From assembly GCA_021295785.1 (NCBI GenBank), contig JAGWBR010000004.1:5889-69888 (forward strand): a stretch of DNA of 64,000 bases, in the 5' to 3' direction. Positions 18,519-28,528 of the stretch are shown here, one piece after another. Position 1 is the stretch's first letter, and the number at the start of each line of letters is the position of its first letter. Under the pieces are notes generated by a model that ran no database searches, was not told the origin of the DNA, and saw only the letters and a list, made by a program, of their open reading frames with translations. The position numbers and the translations under genes were made by a program. This DNA comes from Gemmatimonadota bacterium. Lineage in GTDB: Bacteria; Gemmatimonadota; Gemmatimonadetes; Palauibacterales; Palauibacteraceae.

Positions 18519-18591
18519 GCGGGCGTAGCTCAGTTGGCAGAGCGTCAGCCTTCCAAGCTGAAGGTCGCCGGTTCGACCCCGGTCGCCCGCT
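18519..18591 (+). tRNA. tRNA-Gly (anticodon UCC)
   Basis: Same cloverleaf as the tRNA at 9210..9282, with anticodon loop CTTCCAA. 73 nt. It differs from the CCC isoacceptor at only two loop positions. Confidence 0.9.
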
Positions 18592-18649
18592 TCACACTCC
18601 GCGGCCCGTCCTGATTTCGCCTTTCCGAACGCTCCCGAACGAGGCTGGC

Positions 18650-19492
18650 ATGAACCCCAAAATCCGGCATCCCCTACTCGCCATGGCCGCCATCCTGACC
18701 ACTTCCTCGTCGGCGTGCGCGCAGGCCGACGTTACCAGCTACGTCCGTTACGGCTCTGCCGACGGACCCCGGTACGGCGTGGTCGCCGACGGGCTGATCC
18801 ACGACTTGAGCGCCGCTCCGTGGAGCGGGGGCCAGGCCACGGGTACCACGATTCCGTTCGAAGGGGCGGACCTCCTGGCCCCGGTTCAACCGGGCAAGGT
18901 GATCGCGGTCGGCCTCAACTACCGGAGTCATCTGGGCGGACGCGAACCGTCAGAGTACCCCGGCCTCTTCGCCAAATTCCCAAGCGCCATCGTGGGGCCG
19001 GGCGCCGATATCGTGCTACCTCCCGATTCGGAGAACGTGCACTACGAAGGCGAGCTGGTGCTGGTCATCGGGAAGACCGCCAAAGCCGTGTCCCAGGAAG
19101 ATGCGCGGAGCCACATCTTCGGGGTCACCGCGGGTAACGATGTCAGCGAACGCAACTGGCAGGCTGCCGACCTCCAGTGGTTCCGGGCCAAGGCGAGCGA
19201 CACGTTCGGGCCGGTGGGACCGGTGGTGGTTGCGGGTCTCGACAGCGATGCGCTCTTGGTGCAGACCCGCCTCAACGGAGAGGTGCGCCAGTCGGAGAGC
19301 AGCGCCGACCTGATCTTCGACACGAGCCAGATCGTCTCCTACGTCAGCCAGTATGTCACGCTCGAACCCGGCGACATCATCTTCACGGGGACCCCGGGCA
19401 CGACGGCGGCGATGCAGGCGGGCGACGTGGTCGAAATCGAGGTTGAAGGCGTTGGCGTGCTGCGGAACACGGTGGTGGCCTCGAACAACTAA
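18650..19492 (+). CDS. fumarylacetoacetate hydrolase (FAH) family protein with predicted signal peptide
   Basis: 280 aa. FAH-family core: VIAVGLNYRSH, FAKFPSAIVGPGADIVLP, HYEGELVLVIGK, GVTAGNDVSERNWQ, GDIIFTGTPGT. The N-terminus MNPKIRHPLLAMAAILTTSSSACAQA looks like a cleavable signal. Confidence 0.75.
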   Translation: MNPKIRHPLLAMAAILTTSSSACAQADVTSYVRYGSADGPRYGVVADGLIHDLSAAPWSGGQATGTTIPFEGADLLAPVQPGKVIAVGLNYRSHLGGREPSEYPGLFAKFPSAIVGPGADIVLPPDSENVHYEGELVLVIGKTAKAVSQEDARSHIFGVTAGNDVSERNWQAADLQWFRAKASDTFGPVGPVVVAGLDSDALLVQTRLNGEVRQSESSADLIFDTSQIVSYVSQYVTLEPGDIIFTGTPGTTAAMQAGDVVEIEVEGVGVLRNTVVASNN

Positions 19493-19518
19493 CGTAGCCG
19501 TCCCGCGCGGTCGAGTGT

Positions 19519-21006
19519 CTAGATGTCGAGCGCCTTGTCGATGTCCCACGCGAGTGGCCGGGGCCGGGTCAAGAAACCGATTCCCAAAAACAACACCAGC
19601 GAAACGGCCAGGGCGGCCGCACCGTGGTCCACGCCGTAGGGGAGTCGCACTCCCCCCAGTCGCAGGCCGAAGTTCACGACGATGCTGCTCGCCACGGCGA
19701 CATTGGCGGCCAGGGCCCCCGCCCGTTTCCAGTTCAGGCCGATCGCTATCACCGGCACCAGACCGGCGGCGAACGTTCCCCACCCAAACGCACCCAGCAG
19801 CGCCACCAGATCACCTGCCTGCAGAGCCACGAAAGCGGCGATCACGGTCAGACCTACCGTGACCAGGCGGGCCGCGGTCAGCTCGTTCTTTAACGCCCGG
19901 CCCCGGATGGCCCTGGGCAGATCATGGACCACCGCAGCCGTGCCAACGTTCAGGAACGAATCCGCGGTGGACATGATGGCTGCGAGCAGGGCCGCGAACA
20001 CGGTGCCGGCCAACAGCGGGTGCGCGAACGTTTGAAGGAAGGCAGCCGAGGCTTCGTCCGGTGACGCCAGCGGAGGATGGCCCCCGGAAAGCGCCATCGC
20101 TCTCATGGCCAGGCCGACTCCGATCCAGAGCAGCGCGGTCGCCGTGTAGGCCAGAACTCCCAGCGGCACTACCATCCGCAGATCGGAGACCCGCCGCAGC
20201 ATCATGAACTTGGTCACCACGTGGGGCTGACCGCCCACCCCGACCCCGAACACGAAAAACCACGAAAGCGCCCCGATCATGCCGAGGGTGCCCCAGGCGC
20301 CCGCCGCGCCCCGGTTGTCGGCGGCAATTATCCGGGTCATCTCGGCCAGTCCCCCCTCGAACGTCCCGAGGACCGTCACAAACACCAGCAGCGCGGCAAG
20401 AATCATGATCACGCCCTGCACGAGATCGGTGTACACCGAAGCCACGATTCCGCCGATCACCGAATAGAAAAGCAGCACCGAGCACGAAATCGCGGCGCAC
20501 AGGGCCAGGCTGGGGTCGGACAACACGCCTGCCTCGGCCAGAAGGTCCTGGAGCACGATCGACATGGCGAGGATCTGGGTCGCCAGATATCCGATCACCC
20601 CCAGCAGAATCACGACCGACACCGAGCCTCGTACCGAACGCGATCCGTAACGGGCCGCGGCAATGTCTGGCAACGAAATGCAATTGCGGATTCCGGCCAG
20701 GATCCGAATCCGCTTCCCGACCATCGTGAGCACCATGAGGTTGGAGACGGCTATCGACCCCAGAATCCAGATTGAACTGATCCCCATGGAGTACATCAGC
20801 CCGGGCCCGCCCACAAAGCCGAATCCGCTCATCGTGCTGGAGAACACGGCGAACGCGGTCAGGAAAACCCCCAGCCTGCGGCCGGCCGCGAAAAAGTCTT
20901 CGGCGGATTTGGTGCGGCGCAGCGCCCAGAGACCGGCCCCCAGGCAGAGCACCATGTACCCGCCTACCGCCACCAGGGTGATCATGGCCCTGTTGCCGTC
21001 GAGCAT
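19519..21006 (-). CDS. sodium:solute symporter (SSS) family transporter
   Basis: 495 aa with about 13 TM segments. The N-terminal motif [34 protein letters not shown] is typical of SSS (PutP/PanF-like). Substrate cannot be assigned. Confidence 0.8.
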   Translation of the reverse strand: MLDGNRAMITLVAVGGYMVLCLGAGLWALRRTKSAEDFFAAGRRLGVFLTAFAVFSSTMSGFGFVGGPGLMYSMGISSIWILGSIAVSNLMVLTMVGKRIRILAGIRNCISLPDIAAARYGSRSVRGSVSVVILLGVIGYLATQILAMSIVLQDLLAEAGVLSDPSLALCAAISCSVLLFYSVIGGIVASVYTDLVQGVIMILAALLVFVTVLGTFEGGLAEMTRIIAADNRGAAGAWGTLGMIGALSWFFVFGVGVGGQPHVVTKFMMLRRVSDLRMVVPLGVLAYTATALLWIGVGLAMRAMALSGGHPPLASPDEASAAFLQTFAHPLLAGTVFAALLAAIMSTADSFLNVGTAAVVHDLPRAIRGRALKNELTAARLVTVGLTVIAAFVALQAGDLVALLGAFGWGTFAAGLVPVIAIGLNWKRAGALAANVAVASSIVVNFGLRLGGVRLPYGVDHGAAALAVSLVLFLGIGFLTRPRPLAWDIDKALDI

Positions 21007-21635
21007 CAGGGCCGGCGGTTCGTTTCGGTGCCGTCACCGCGGGCCCGGGAGTGAACCAGAGCGAGCAGCTCGCGGAACCGCCTTTTTTCATGGTCCCCGT
21101 AACACCATGCGCCGAATCTCACGATGACCAGCGCGGTCGCCGGGAAGGCACCCAGCCCGACACCGTACACCAGCCAGGCGGCCGGCAGGGTGAATCCGCC
21201 CCACGTCGGGACAGCCTGAGCCGGGCCAAGGGCATCGTAGCTGGCCACGGCCCGGACCAGGCCCGCCAGCACAAGCGCGTACGCAGCGAAAAGCGCAATG
21301 AACATCCGCCCGGAACCGCTCTCGTGGAACCGCGCGCGGGGCACGATTCCCATGGCTACCCCGGTCCCCATGATGGACACGGTCAGCACTCCGACCACGA
21401 GTCCCGCCCAGAGCGGGGCACCGAACCGCGCATCGCCCGCCACCTGGAGCATGGGCGCGAACTCAGGGTGGGGCACCGCCGAGCCTTCACCGGCACCCAG
21501 CGCCACGGCCACCAGCAGGAGCGCGACGAACGCGGCCGCGGAAACCAGCCACACTGCGATCAGCCGGTCTGCACGGGTGCCTTGCCGGCAGTTTGGAGCC
21601 CCTTTCGGGCTCGCGGGGGAGGCGGAATCGGGCAT
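21006..21635 (-). CDS. hypothetical polytopic membrane protein coupled to the SSS transporter
   Basis: 209 aa with about 5 hydrophobic segments. Its stop overlaps the transporter start by 1 nt (21006). I recognise no family. It is larger than the small YhdT/DUF997-type SSS accessory subunits. Confidence 0.5.
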   Translation of the reverse strand: MPDSASPASPKGAPNCRQGTRADRLIAVWLVSAAAFVALLLVAVALGAGEGSAVPHPEFAPMLQVAGDARFGAPLWAGLVVGVLTVSIMGTGVAMGIVPRARFHESGSGRMFIALFAAYALVLAGLVRAVASYDALGPAQAVPTWGGFTLPAAWLVYGVGLGAFPATALVIVRFGAWCYGDHEKRRFRELLALVHSRARGDGTETNRRP

Positions 21636-21722
21636 GCCCGGAAACTACACGCGGAGCTAAATTCGGGGGTCGCCAGTCGGGGGTCGCCAGCCCCCGGCAC
21701 TCCCGAACAAGAGAAACACGCC

Positions 21723-22703
21723 ATGTCACAGCCAGCCAGAATCGCGATCACCGGCGCAGCCGGGAACATCGGGTATGCCCTGGCCTTCCGAATCGCAGCC
21801 GGCGACATGCTCGGCAAGGACCGGTCCGTCGTACTCCAGCTCATAGAGATTCCGCCCGCGCTGCCGGCGCTGCAGGGGGTCGCGATGGAACTGGCCGACT
21901 GCGCGTTCCCGCTGCTGCGGGAAGTCGTTACAACGGCAGACATCAACGAGGGCTTCAACGGCGCGGATTACGCTCTGCTGGTGGGCGCCAAGCCCCGCGG
22001 ACCGGGCATGGAGCGCGGCGACCTGTTGGCCGACAACGGGAAGATCTTCGGTCCCCAGGGGAAGGCTCTCAGCGATTCGGCCTCGCGCGACGTGCGGGTG
22101 CTGGTGGTTGGGAACCCCGCCAACACGAACTGCCTCATCGCCGCGGCCAACGCGCCTGCCCTGGACCCCGGCCAATTCACCGCGATGACGCGGCTGGACC
22201 ACAACAGGGCCACCGCGCAGATCGCCGACAAGGCCGGAGCACACTCGACGGATGTACGCCGGATGACCATCTGGGGCAACCACTCCGCCACGCAGCACCC
22301 TGACATTGCCCACTGCACGGTCGGGGGGAAGCCGGCGGCCGAACTGGTGAGCCAGGCCTGGTACCGGGAACAGTTCATTCCGCGGGTCCAGAAGCGGGGG
22401 GCGGAGATCATTCGGGCGCGTGGTTCCTCGTCGGCGGCATCGGCGGCCAGCGCGGCTCTGGACCACATGCGCACCTGGGTACACGGCACTCCCGAAGGGG
22501 ACTGGACAAGCATGGCGGTGCCCTCGGACGGCAGTTACGGCATCGCACCGGGCGTCATCTATTCACATCCGGTGACCTGCGCCGCCGGTGCCTATTCGAT
22601 CGTCCAGGGCCTGGCAATCGACGATTTCTGCCGCGAGCGCATGACGATCACCGACCAGGAGCTGCGCGGGGAGCGCGCCGCCGTGGCCAACCTGCTCCCC
22701 TGA
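21723..22703 (+). CDS. mdh: malate dehydrogenase (NAD-dependent)
   Basis: The in-frame ATG at 21723 within ORF 21051..22703 gives [24 protein letters not shown] (GxxGxxG). Further motifs: [43 protein letters not shown]. Confidence 0.92.
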   Translation: MSQPARIAITGAAGNIGYALAFRIAAGDMLGKDRSVVLQLIEIPPALPALQGVAMELADCAFPLLREVVTTADINEGFNGADYALLVGAKPRGPGMERGDLLADNGKIFGPQGKALSDSASRDVRVLVVGNPANTNCLIAAANAPALDPGQFTAMTRLDHNRATAQIADKAGAHSTDVRRMTIWGNHSATQHPDIAHCTVGGKPAAELVSQAWYREQFIPRVQKRGAEIIRARGSSSAASAASAALDHMRTWVHGTPEGDWTSMAVPSDGSYGIAPGVIYSHPVTCAAGAYSIVQGLAIDDFCRERMTITDQELRGERAAVANLLP

Positions 22704-22721
22704 AGCTGCACGCGAGCTCGC

Positions 22722-24842
22722 CTACCAGGGTTCCCTGATGAACCTCACATCCCGGGTACGCCCGTTGGACAGATAGAACGCGACGATGTCTCCGTTGCGG
22801 TCCCGCTCAAACTCGAAGGTGAACCCCCTGCCGGTGAACTGGTCGCGCTCGCCCGCCTCCAGCGAGGCGCGGCCCATGCGCCGTTGCTCGATCATCAGCT
22901 CCCCGGCCTCTTCATCGAATTCAATACGGTAGAAGGTCTCGATTTCGGGACTGAAGTAGACCCCGGCGAACTCGCGCAGATCTTCGGCGGCGGGTTCCCA
23001 GGTCTCGGCGCCGTCGCCCTCCAGCCGGGTGGCGGGCTGGTCGCCGTTCTGGTGCAGAATCAGCCCGGTCACGGCACCTTCCTCGTCGCGCTGGAACGTC
23101 ACTGACGCGTCCACGACCAGGAACCGGAAATTGACTGGCGAGGTGGGCACAATCTCCAGCCGCGGCTGGCCTGTGGCCTGAGCATGAAAAGTGCCCTCGT
23201 CGCGCGTGAAGGTCATCACAAACGCCGGCGCGGCATCCAGGGCGTACCGGCCGGCGAACTCGTCAAAGTCCTCCGGGTCGTAGGCCTCGACGTTGAACTC
23301 GTCTTCGCCTTCACCGTCGCCTTCGCCGTCCTCGTCGCTGTCCAACTCCAGTGCATCCGCGAAGAATTCTTCGGCCAGCTGGGCAGCCAGCGCGCTGGAG
23401 AATGAAGCATGGTTGGACTGGGTGGTGATTCCGGCGTTGATCTCGGGGTAGTAGATGAGCATCGACCGGTGCGCCACGTCGGCGCCGCCGTGGCTGACCC
23501 GCTTCAGCCCTCCGTGTTCGTCTACCGAAAGGCCGTATCCGTAGCCGGTCTCCTCGCCGTCGTCCAGGACGAACGAAGTCATCATTCTGTCGAGTGATTT
23601 ACGGGTGCCGACGGTCGGCTCGGCGGCGGCCATGTTCTCGACCCACTTCTGCAGGTCCTCAATCGTGGAATAGATGCCGCCGGCCCCAACCGCGCCGCCC
23701 AGGTCGCCGATCTGCCGGTAGCCCATCGGGCCGGGCGTATAACCTTCGCTCTGGTCGGGAACGATGCGCCGCGTGTCGGCCCGGACCATCGTGCGGGTCA
23801 TTCCGAGGGGCAGGAACACGTTGTCGCGCATGAACTCGCCGAAGGGCTGGCCCGACGTGCGCTCGACGATGGTGGCGGCCAGACCGAAACCTGTGTTGTT
23901 GTAGTTCCACTCGGCCCCGGGCACGTTCTGGAGTTTGGGTTGCCGCTGCACGATGTCGATCAGCTCGGACCGGTCGATCCAGTCTCCGTGGTCGAGCCGG
24001 CGCCCCGTCATCAGTACCAGATTCAGAAACTCGCGCAGCCCGGATGTATGCGTCAGCAGATGCTCGATGCGAATGGTGTGTTCGAACTCCGGCAGCTCCG
24101 GAACGTGGTCCCGGATGTCGTCGTCCAGCGACAGGAGGCCCCGCTCGGCCTGGAGCATGACCGCGAAGGCGGTGAACTGCTTCGACGTTGACCCGATGTT
24201 GGTCCGGGTGTCGGCCTCGAACGGGATCCCGTATGCGAGGTTGGCCATGCCGTAAGTGTTCGAGAAGATCGTCTCGCCGTCGCGCCACACCCGAATCGCC
24301 GCCCCCGGCGTGTCGTCCCCGTCGTACCGAGACAAATGCTGGTCAGCCAGGGCGCCGGGCTCCGATGCGAGGGGTTCGTTGCGAAGGAGTGTGATTTCGT
24401 AGTCCCCGCCCTGGGGTGCGTCGTCGGACCCCGCGTCGCCTTCATCCTCGCCGTCGTCACCACCGTCGCTGTCGCCGCCCGCCCCCACTACCGTGAGTTC
24501 CACGGTATAGTCGCCGGCCTCGGGCGGGTTTCCGCCGAAACGCTGAACCCCCCGGCCCAGGCCGGCCGTTCCCCCAACGGGTTCGCCGTCGGGCCGGATG
24601 ACTCTGATCAGCAGGGCCACCGAGATCTGGTTGACAGCGCCCAGAAGAAACGCGTCGTCTCCCACCTGGACTGTGTACCTGGCCGTGTCCCCCGCCATGA
24701 TCGAACCGGCGTGGGTTTCGCCAACCTCAAGAACGGTATGCTGACCGACTGCCGCACCCGCGCTGAAGACGCCGAGAACGCCAACGACGCTGGCGAGCCA
24801 AAACGCGGAACGGGAACGGCGGAAAGTGGTGCGAAGCGACAT
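22722..24842 (-). CDS. secreted multidomain serine hydrolase (beta-lactamase/PBP fold) with N-terminal PPC-like domain and C-terminal lipocalin-like repeats
   Basis: ORF 22722..25196; ATG at 24842 gives MSLRTTFRRSRSAFWLASVVGVLGVFSAGAAVG (signal). An SxxK motif occurs in IGSTSKQFTAF. Acidic linkers (GGDSDGGDDGEDEGDAGSDD; DSDEDGEGDGEGEDE) separate the domains. Confidence 0.75.
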   Translation of the reverse strand: MSLRTTFRRSRSAFWLASVVGVLGVFSAGAAVGQHTVLEVGETHAGSIMAGDTARYTVQVGDDAFLLGAVNQISVALLIRVIRPDGEPVGGTAGLGRGVQRFGGNPPEAGDYTVELTVVGAGGDSDGGDDGEDEGDAGSDDAPQGGDYEITLLRNEPLASEPGALADQHLSRYDGDDTPGAAIRVWRDGETIFSNTYGMANLAYGIPFEADTRTNIGSTSKQFTAFAVMLQAERGLLSLDDDIRDHVPELPEFEHTIRIEHLLTHTSGLREFLNLVLMTGRRLDHGDWIDRSELIDIVQRQPKLQNVPGAEWNYNNTGFGLAATIVERTSGQPFGEFMRDNVFLPLGMTRTMVRADTRRIVPDQSEGYTPGPMGYRQIGDLGGAVGAGGIYSTIEDLQKWVENMAAAEPTVGTRKSLDRMMTSFVLDDGEETGYGYGLSVDEHGGLKRVSHGGADVAHRSMLIYYPEINAGITTQSNHASFSSALAAQLAEEFFADALELDSDEDGEGDGEGEDEFNVEAYDPEDFDEFAGRYALDAAPAFVMTFTRDEGTFHAQATGQPRLEIVPTSPVNFRFLVVDASVTFQRDEEGAVTGLILHQNGDQPATRLEGDGAETWEPAAEDLREFAGVYFSPEIETFYRIEFDEEAGELMIEQRRMGRASLEAGERDQFTGRGFTFEFERDRNGDIVAFYLSNGRTRDVRFIREPW

Positions 24843-25092
24843 GAACGTGACTCCGTAGGTGATGTCCAAACAGGGGGAAAGCGATACGGCCATGGTCCGA
24901 CCCCGGCCGGCGCAGGCAGGGCGACCAGCGAAAAGGAGCCGGCCAAGCTCTCTGACGCTACCGCGGGCTGGGGAGATTTGCGAAGATACCCTGCTGGGGT
25001 TTTTCCGGCCCCGCAAACGGCCACCAACCATTGCGCCCGGACGGTCTCCACCATATCCACACAAGATCACACCCCCCACCAAGGTGGTCCAG

Positions 25093-28000
25093 ATGAATGC
25101 TGAATCGCGACTTTTTCTTCGCAGCACCCCCCTGACCACGCTCGCGGTGTTTGCCATGAGCGCGGCAGCCACTCTGGCCGCTCCCCACACCTCCAACGGG
25201 CAGATGACGGTCCAAGAGGCCGCCGCGCGGCTGACCTACCGCGAGGTCGGCCCGGCCCTGATGGGGGGACGCATCGCCGACCTGGCTGTCGTGGAGGCGA
25301 GCCCCCAGACCTTCTTCCTGGGCACGGCCAGCGGGGGGCTCTGGCGAACCGACAACCACGGCACCACGTGGGAGCCGCTTTTTGACGACCAGCCCGCCAG
25401 CTCGATCGGCGACGTGACGATTCACCAGCAGAACCCCAACCTGGTGTGGGTGGGGACCGGCGAACCGCAGAACCGACAGTCATCCCCGTGGGGCAACGGC
25501 GTCTACAAATCGCTGGACGGCGGACGCACCTGGGAGCACAAGGGTTTGGAAGAAACCAAGCACATCGGCCGGATTCTCATCAACCCGTCCAACCCCGACA
25601 TCGTGTACGTCGCGGCGGTGGGCGACCTGTGGGGCCCGAACGAAGAGCGCGGCGTTTTCCGCACCGCGGACGGCGGCAACACCTGGCAGCTGGTTCTCCA
25701 TGTGGACGAAGACACCGGCGCCGTGGACATGGCGATGGACCACGCCGACCCCAACACCATTTTCGCGGCGATGTATCAGCGCCGGCGCACGGGCTGGGGG
25801 TTCAACGGCGGAGGTCCGGGCAGCGGTCTCTACCGCACGGTGGACGGCGGGGACACCTGGACCGAGCTGGGCGGAGGCCTGCCGGAGGGAGACAAGGGCC
25901 GCATTGGCGTGGACGTGTACCGGGGCGACGGCAACCTTGTCTACGCCCTGGTCGAGGCGGACGCCCGCACACCCGGTTCGGGATTTGGTGGTGGCGGAGG
26001 CGGGAGCGGTCCGAGGGAGACCGGCCTGTACATGTCGACCGACCGCGGTGAGACCTGGGAGATGGTGTCCAACACCAACCCCCGGCCGATGTACTATTCG
26101 CAGGTCCGCATCGATCCCGCCAACCCGGACCGCATCTACGTGCTTGGCACCCAACTCCACATCTCGGACGACGGCGGCCGCACGTTCAGAAGCGACGGTG
26201 CGAGGCGAATTCACGTTGACCACCATGCCCTCTGGATCGACCCGAAGGACCCCAACCACCTGATCCTCGGGAACGACGGCGGGATCTACGCTTCCTGGGA
26301 CGCGGCCGACACTTGGCGCATGTTCGACAACATCGCCCTGGGCCAGTTCTACGCCATCGGATTCGACATGCGCACCCCCTACTACGTCTGCGGGGGACTT
26401 CAGGACAACGACGCGTGGTGTGGACCGTCCAACACGCGCTCCTTCCACGGCATCCGCCACGCGGACTGGTACGAGACTGTTTACGGCGACGGGTTTTTCA
26501 CCATTGTCGATCCGACCGATTCGACCGTCGTCTATTCAGAATCGCAGGGCGGCAACCTGAACCGGTATGACCTGAGAACGGGCGAAAAGACACCCATGAG
26601 GGCCGTGGTCGGGCCACGCGCCGAGGGTGACACGGCCAAGGTGTACCGGTGGAACTGGAACGCGCCCCTGTTGCTGTCTCCGCACGATCCGGCAACGGTT
26701 TACCACGGCGGCAACTACCTGATGCGTTCCCGTGACCGCGGCATGTCCTGGGAAGAGGTCGGCGGCCTTGACCTGACCAGGCAGATCGACCGTGACACGC
26801 TGGCCATAATGGGCGTGCCGGGCTCAGAACCGCAGATGTCGCTGAACGACGGGATTTCGAGCTACGGGAACCTGACGGCGGTGGCCGAATCGCCCCTGGT
26901 CAGGGGGGTCATCTACGCCGGTACCGACGACGGGAACGTGCAGGTGACGCGGGATGATGGTGAGACGTGGACCAACGTTGCGGACCGCATTCCCGGCCTG
27001 CCCGATCGCACCTACGTGAGCCGCCTGGAGCCGTCGGCCCACGCGGAGGGCAGAGTCTACGCCACGTTCGACGGGCACAGGAACGGCGATTTCGCGCCTT
27101 ACGCCTACGTCAGCGAGGACTACGGTTCGACGTGGCGGTCGATCAGCGCGGGCCTGCCCGGCGGATGGTCGGTGAACGTGATCCGCGAGCATCACCGCAC
27201 TCCGAATCTGCTGTTCGTGGGAAACGAAGTAGGGGTGTTCGTCTCGGTGGACCGCGGGGCGAGCTGGACGCAGCTCAAGAACAACCTGCCCACTGTGCCC
27301 GTGGACGACATCCTGATCCACCCGCGCGAGAACGACCTCATCGTGGGAACGCACGGGCGCAGCATTTGGATCATGGCCGATGTGTCGCCGCTGGAGGCGC
27401 TGGCGGAAGGAATGTTGGCCGAGGCCGGCCGGGTGTTTGGCGACCACTCCATCATGTGGACCGAGCGGGGTGACTGGCCGTTTCCCGCCGCCGACTACTC
27501 CGCCCCTAACCCGCCTCGCGGGGCGCGGATCAGGTATTTCGTGGGCGAAGACGCCACCGAGGGCGGGAGCGATTCAGCCGAAGTGGAACTGGTGATCGCT
27601 GACGATTCGGGCAGCCCCGTCCGTACCCTGGACGTGTCGGGCGAACCGGGTATCCACGAGGAAATCTGGGACTGGCGGCACGACCCTCCCGTTGAGGCGC
27701 AGGGCTCTGGCGGGGGCGGTCCCGGCGGCGGTGGGGGCGGGTTCGGTGGGTTCGGCGGTGTGCCGCGGGGCCCGATTGTCCTGCCCGGCACTTACACGGT
27801 AAGCATGACGCTGGGCGAAAAGACTTTCTCTGCCGAAGTGGATGTGGCGGCGGAGCCGCGCAGGCCGATGACCGATGCCGACCGCATGGCCCGGCAGGCC
27901 TCGCTGATGAGTCTGCACACGCTGGCCGTGCCTATCTACGAAGCCGGGCAAGCCGTGCGCGACATTCGGAGCCAGTTGAGCGCGGCCGGAGATCTGATCG

Positions 28001-28323
28001 ATGCCGCCGCCGACGCCCCGCAGGATCTCTCGAAAGAAGTGGAGGCGATTGAAGAAGAACTGGACGCGGTCAACGACGAGCTCTCGGACGCTCGACGTTT
28101 CGCGGGCCGGGCCGAGGCGATGCAACGGACCTCGGCGCTTCCCACCGCCGACCAACTGTGGCAAATGGACGAGGCCTGGCGGCTGGTTCCGGGCATTCTT
28201 GAGCGTCTCAACGTTCTGATCGGCGAGCGCGTGCCCGCGCTTAACGCGCGCCTCTATTCCGAGGACCTGATGCCCCCGGCGGGTGACGAGATCGGCATGC
28301 CGGACCGGCCGGATTCCGGGTGA
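25093..28323 (+). CDS. large secreted sortilin/VPS10-BNR repeat beta-propeller protein (paralogue of 13007..16375)
   Basis: ORF 24859..28323; ATG at 25093 gives MNAESRLFLRSTPLTTLAVFAMSAAATLAAP (signal). It has the same Asp-box series (YKSLDGGRTWE, FRTADGGNTWQ, YRTVDGGDTWT, MSTDRGETWE, ISDDGGRTF, RSRDRGMSWE, VTRDDGETWT, SEDYGSTWR, SVDRGASWT) plus Gly-rich inserts. Confidence 0.8.
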   Translation: MNAESRLFLRSTPLTTLAVFAMSAAATLAAPHTSNGQMTVQEAAARLTYREVGPALMGGRIADLAVVEASPQTFFLGTASGGLWRTDNHGTTWEPLFDDQPASSIGDVTIHQQNPNLVWVGTGEPQNRQSSPWGNGVYKSLDGGRTWEHKGLEETKHIGRILINPSNPDIVYVAAVGDLWGPNEERGVFRTADGGNTWQLVLHVDEDTGAVDMAMDHADPNTIFAAMYQRRRTGWGFNGGGPGSGLYRTVDGGDTWTELGGGLPEGDKGRIGVDVYRGDGNLVYALVEADARTPGSGFGGGGGGSGPRETGLYMSTDRGETWEMVSNTNPRPMYYSQVRIDPANPDRIYVLGTQLHISDDGGRTFRSDGARRIHVDHHALWIDPKDPNHLILGNDGGIYASWDAADTWRMFDNIALGQFYAIGFDMRTPYYVCGGLQDNDAWCGPSNTRSFHGIRHADWYETVYGDGFFTIVDPTDSTVVYSESQGGNLNRYDLRTGEKTPMRAVVGPRAEGDTAKVYRWNWNAPLLLSPHDPATVYHGGNYLMRSRDRGMSWEEVGGLDLTRQIDRDTLAIMGVPGSEPQMSLNDGISSYGNLTAVAESPLVRGVIYAGTDDGNVQVTRDDGETWTNVADRIPGLPDRTYVSRLEPSAHAEGRVYATFDGHRNGDFAPYAYVSEDYGSTWRSISAGLPGGWSVNVIREHHRTPNLLFVGNEVGVFVSVDRGASWTQLKNNLPTVPVDDILIHPRENDLIVGTHGRSIWIMADVSPLEALAEGMLAEAGRVFGDHSIMWTERGDWPFPAADYSAPNPPRGARIRYFVGEDATEGGSDSAEVELVIADDSGSPVRTLDVSGEPGIHEEIWDWRHDPPVEAQGSGGGGPGGGGGGFGGFGGVPRGPIVLPGTYTVSMTLGEKTFSAEVDVAAEPRRPMTDADRMARQASLMSLHTLAVPIYEAGQAVRDIRSQLSAAGDLIDAAADAPQDLSKEVEAIEEELDAVNDELSDARRFAGRAEAMQRTSALPTADQLWQMDEAWRLVPGILERLNVLIGERVPALNARLYSEDLMPPAGDEIGMPDRPDSG

Positions 28324-28528
28324 TTGCCGGTCGCGGGGCGGGTCAGGGTGCGGCCGCTGATGTCGATGACTCGCCCCGCCGACCCGGATCTGGCTGCCCG
28401 GGTCAAGGCCCCGCTCCGGTCGCTTCGCTTGTCTGTCGATAGGATGTTCAGGCTTGGGCCTGTTGGGAGGGCTCAGCCGAGGCGCTTCTGGCCAGAAGTG
28501 TCAGATTTTCGGTGGCCATTGACAACCC

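Noticed and set aside
9083-18591. tRNA genes as possible genomic-island borders. The identical 3' halves of the two tRNA-Gly genes could mimic attL/attR.
   Set aside because: Both copies are complete tRNAs with different anticodons. The intervening 9 kb carries no integrase, transposase or phage genes and has ordinary metabolic content.
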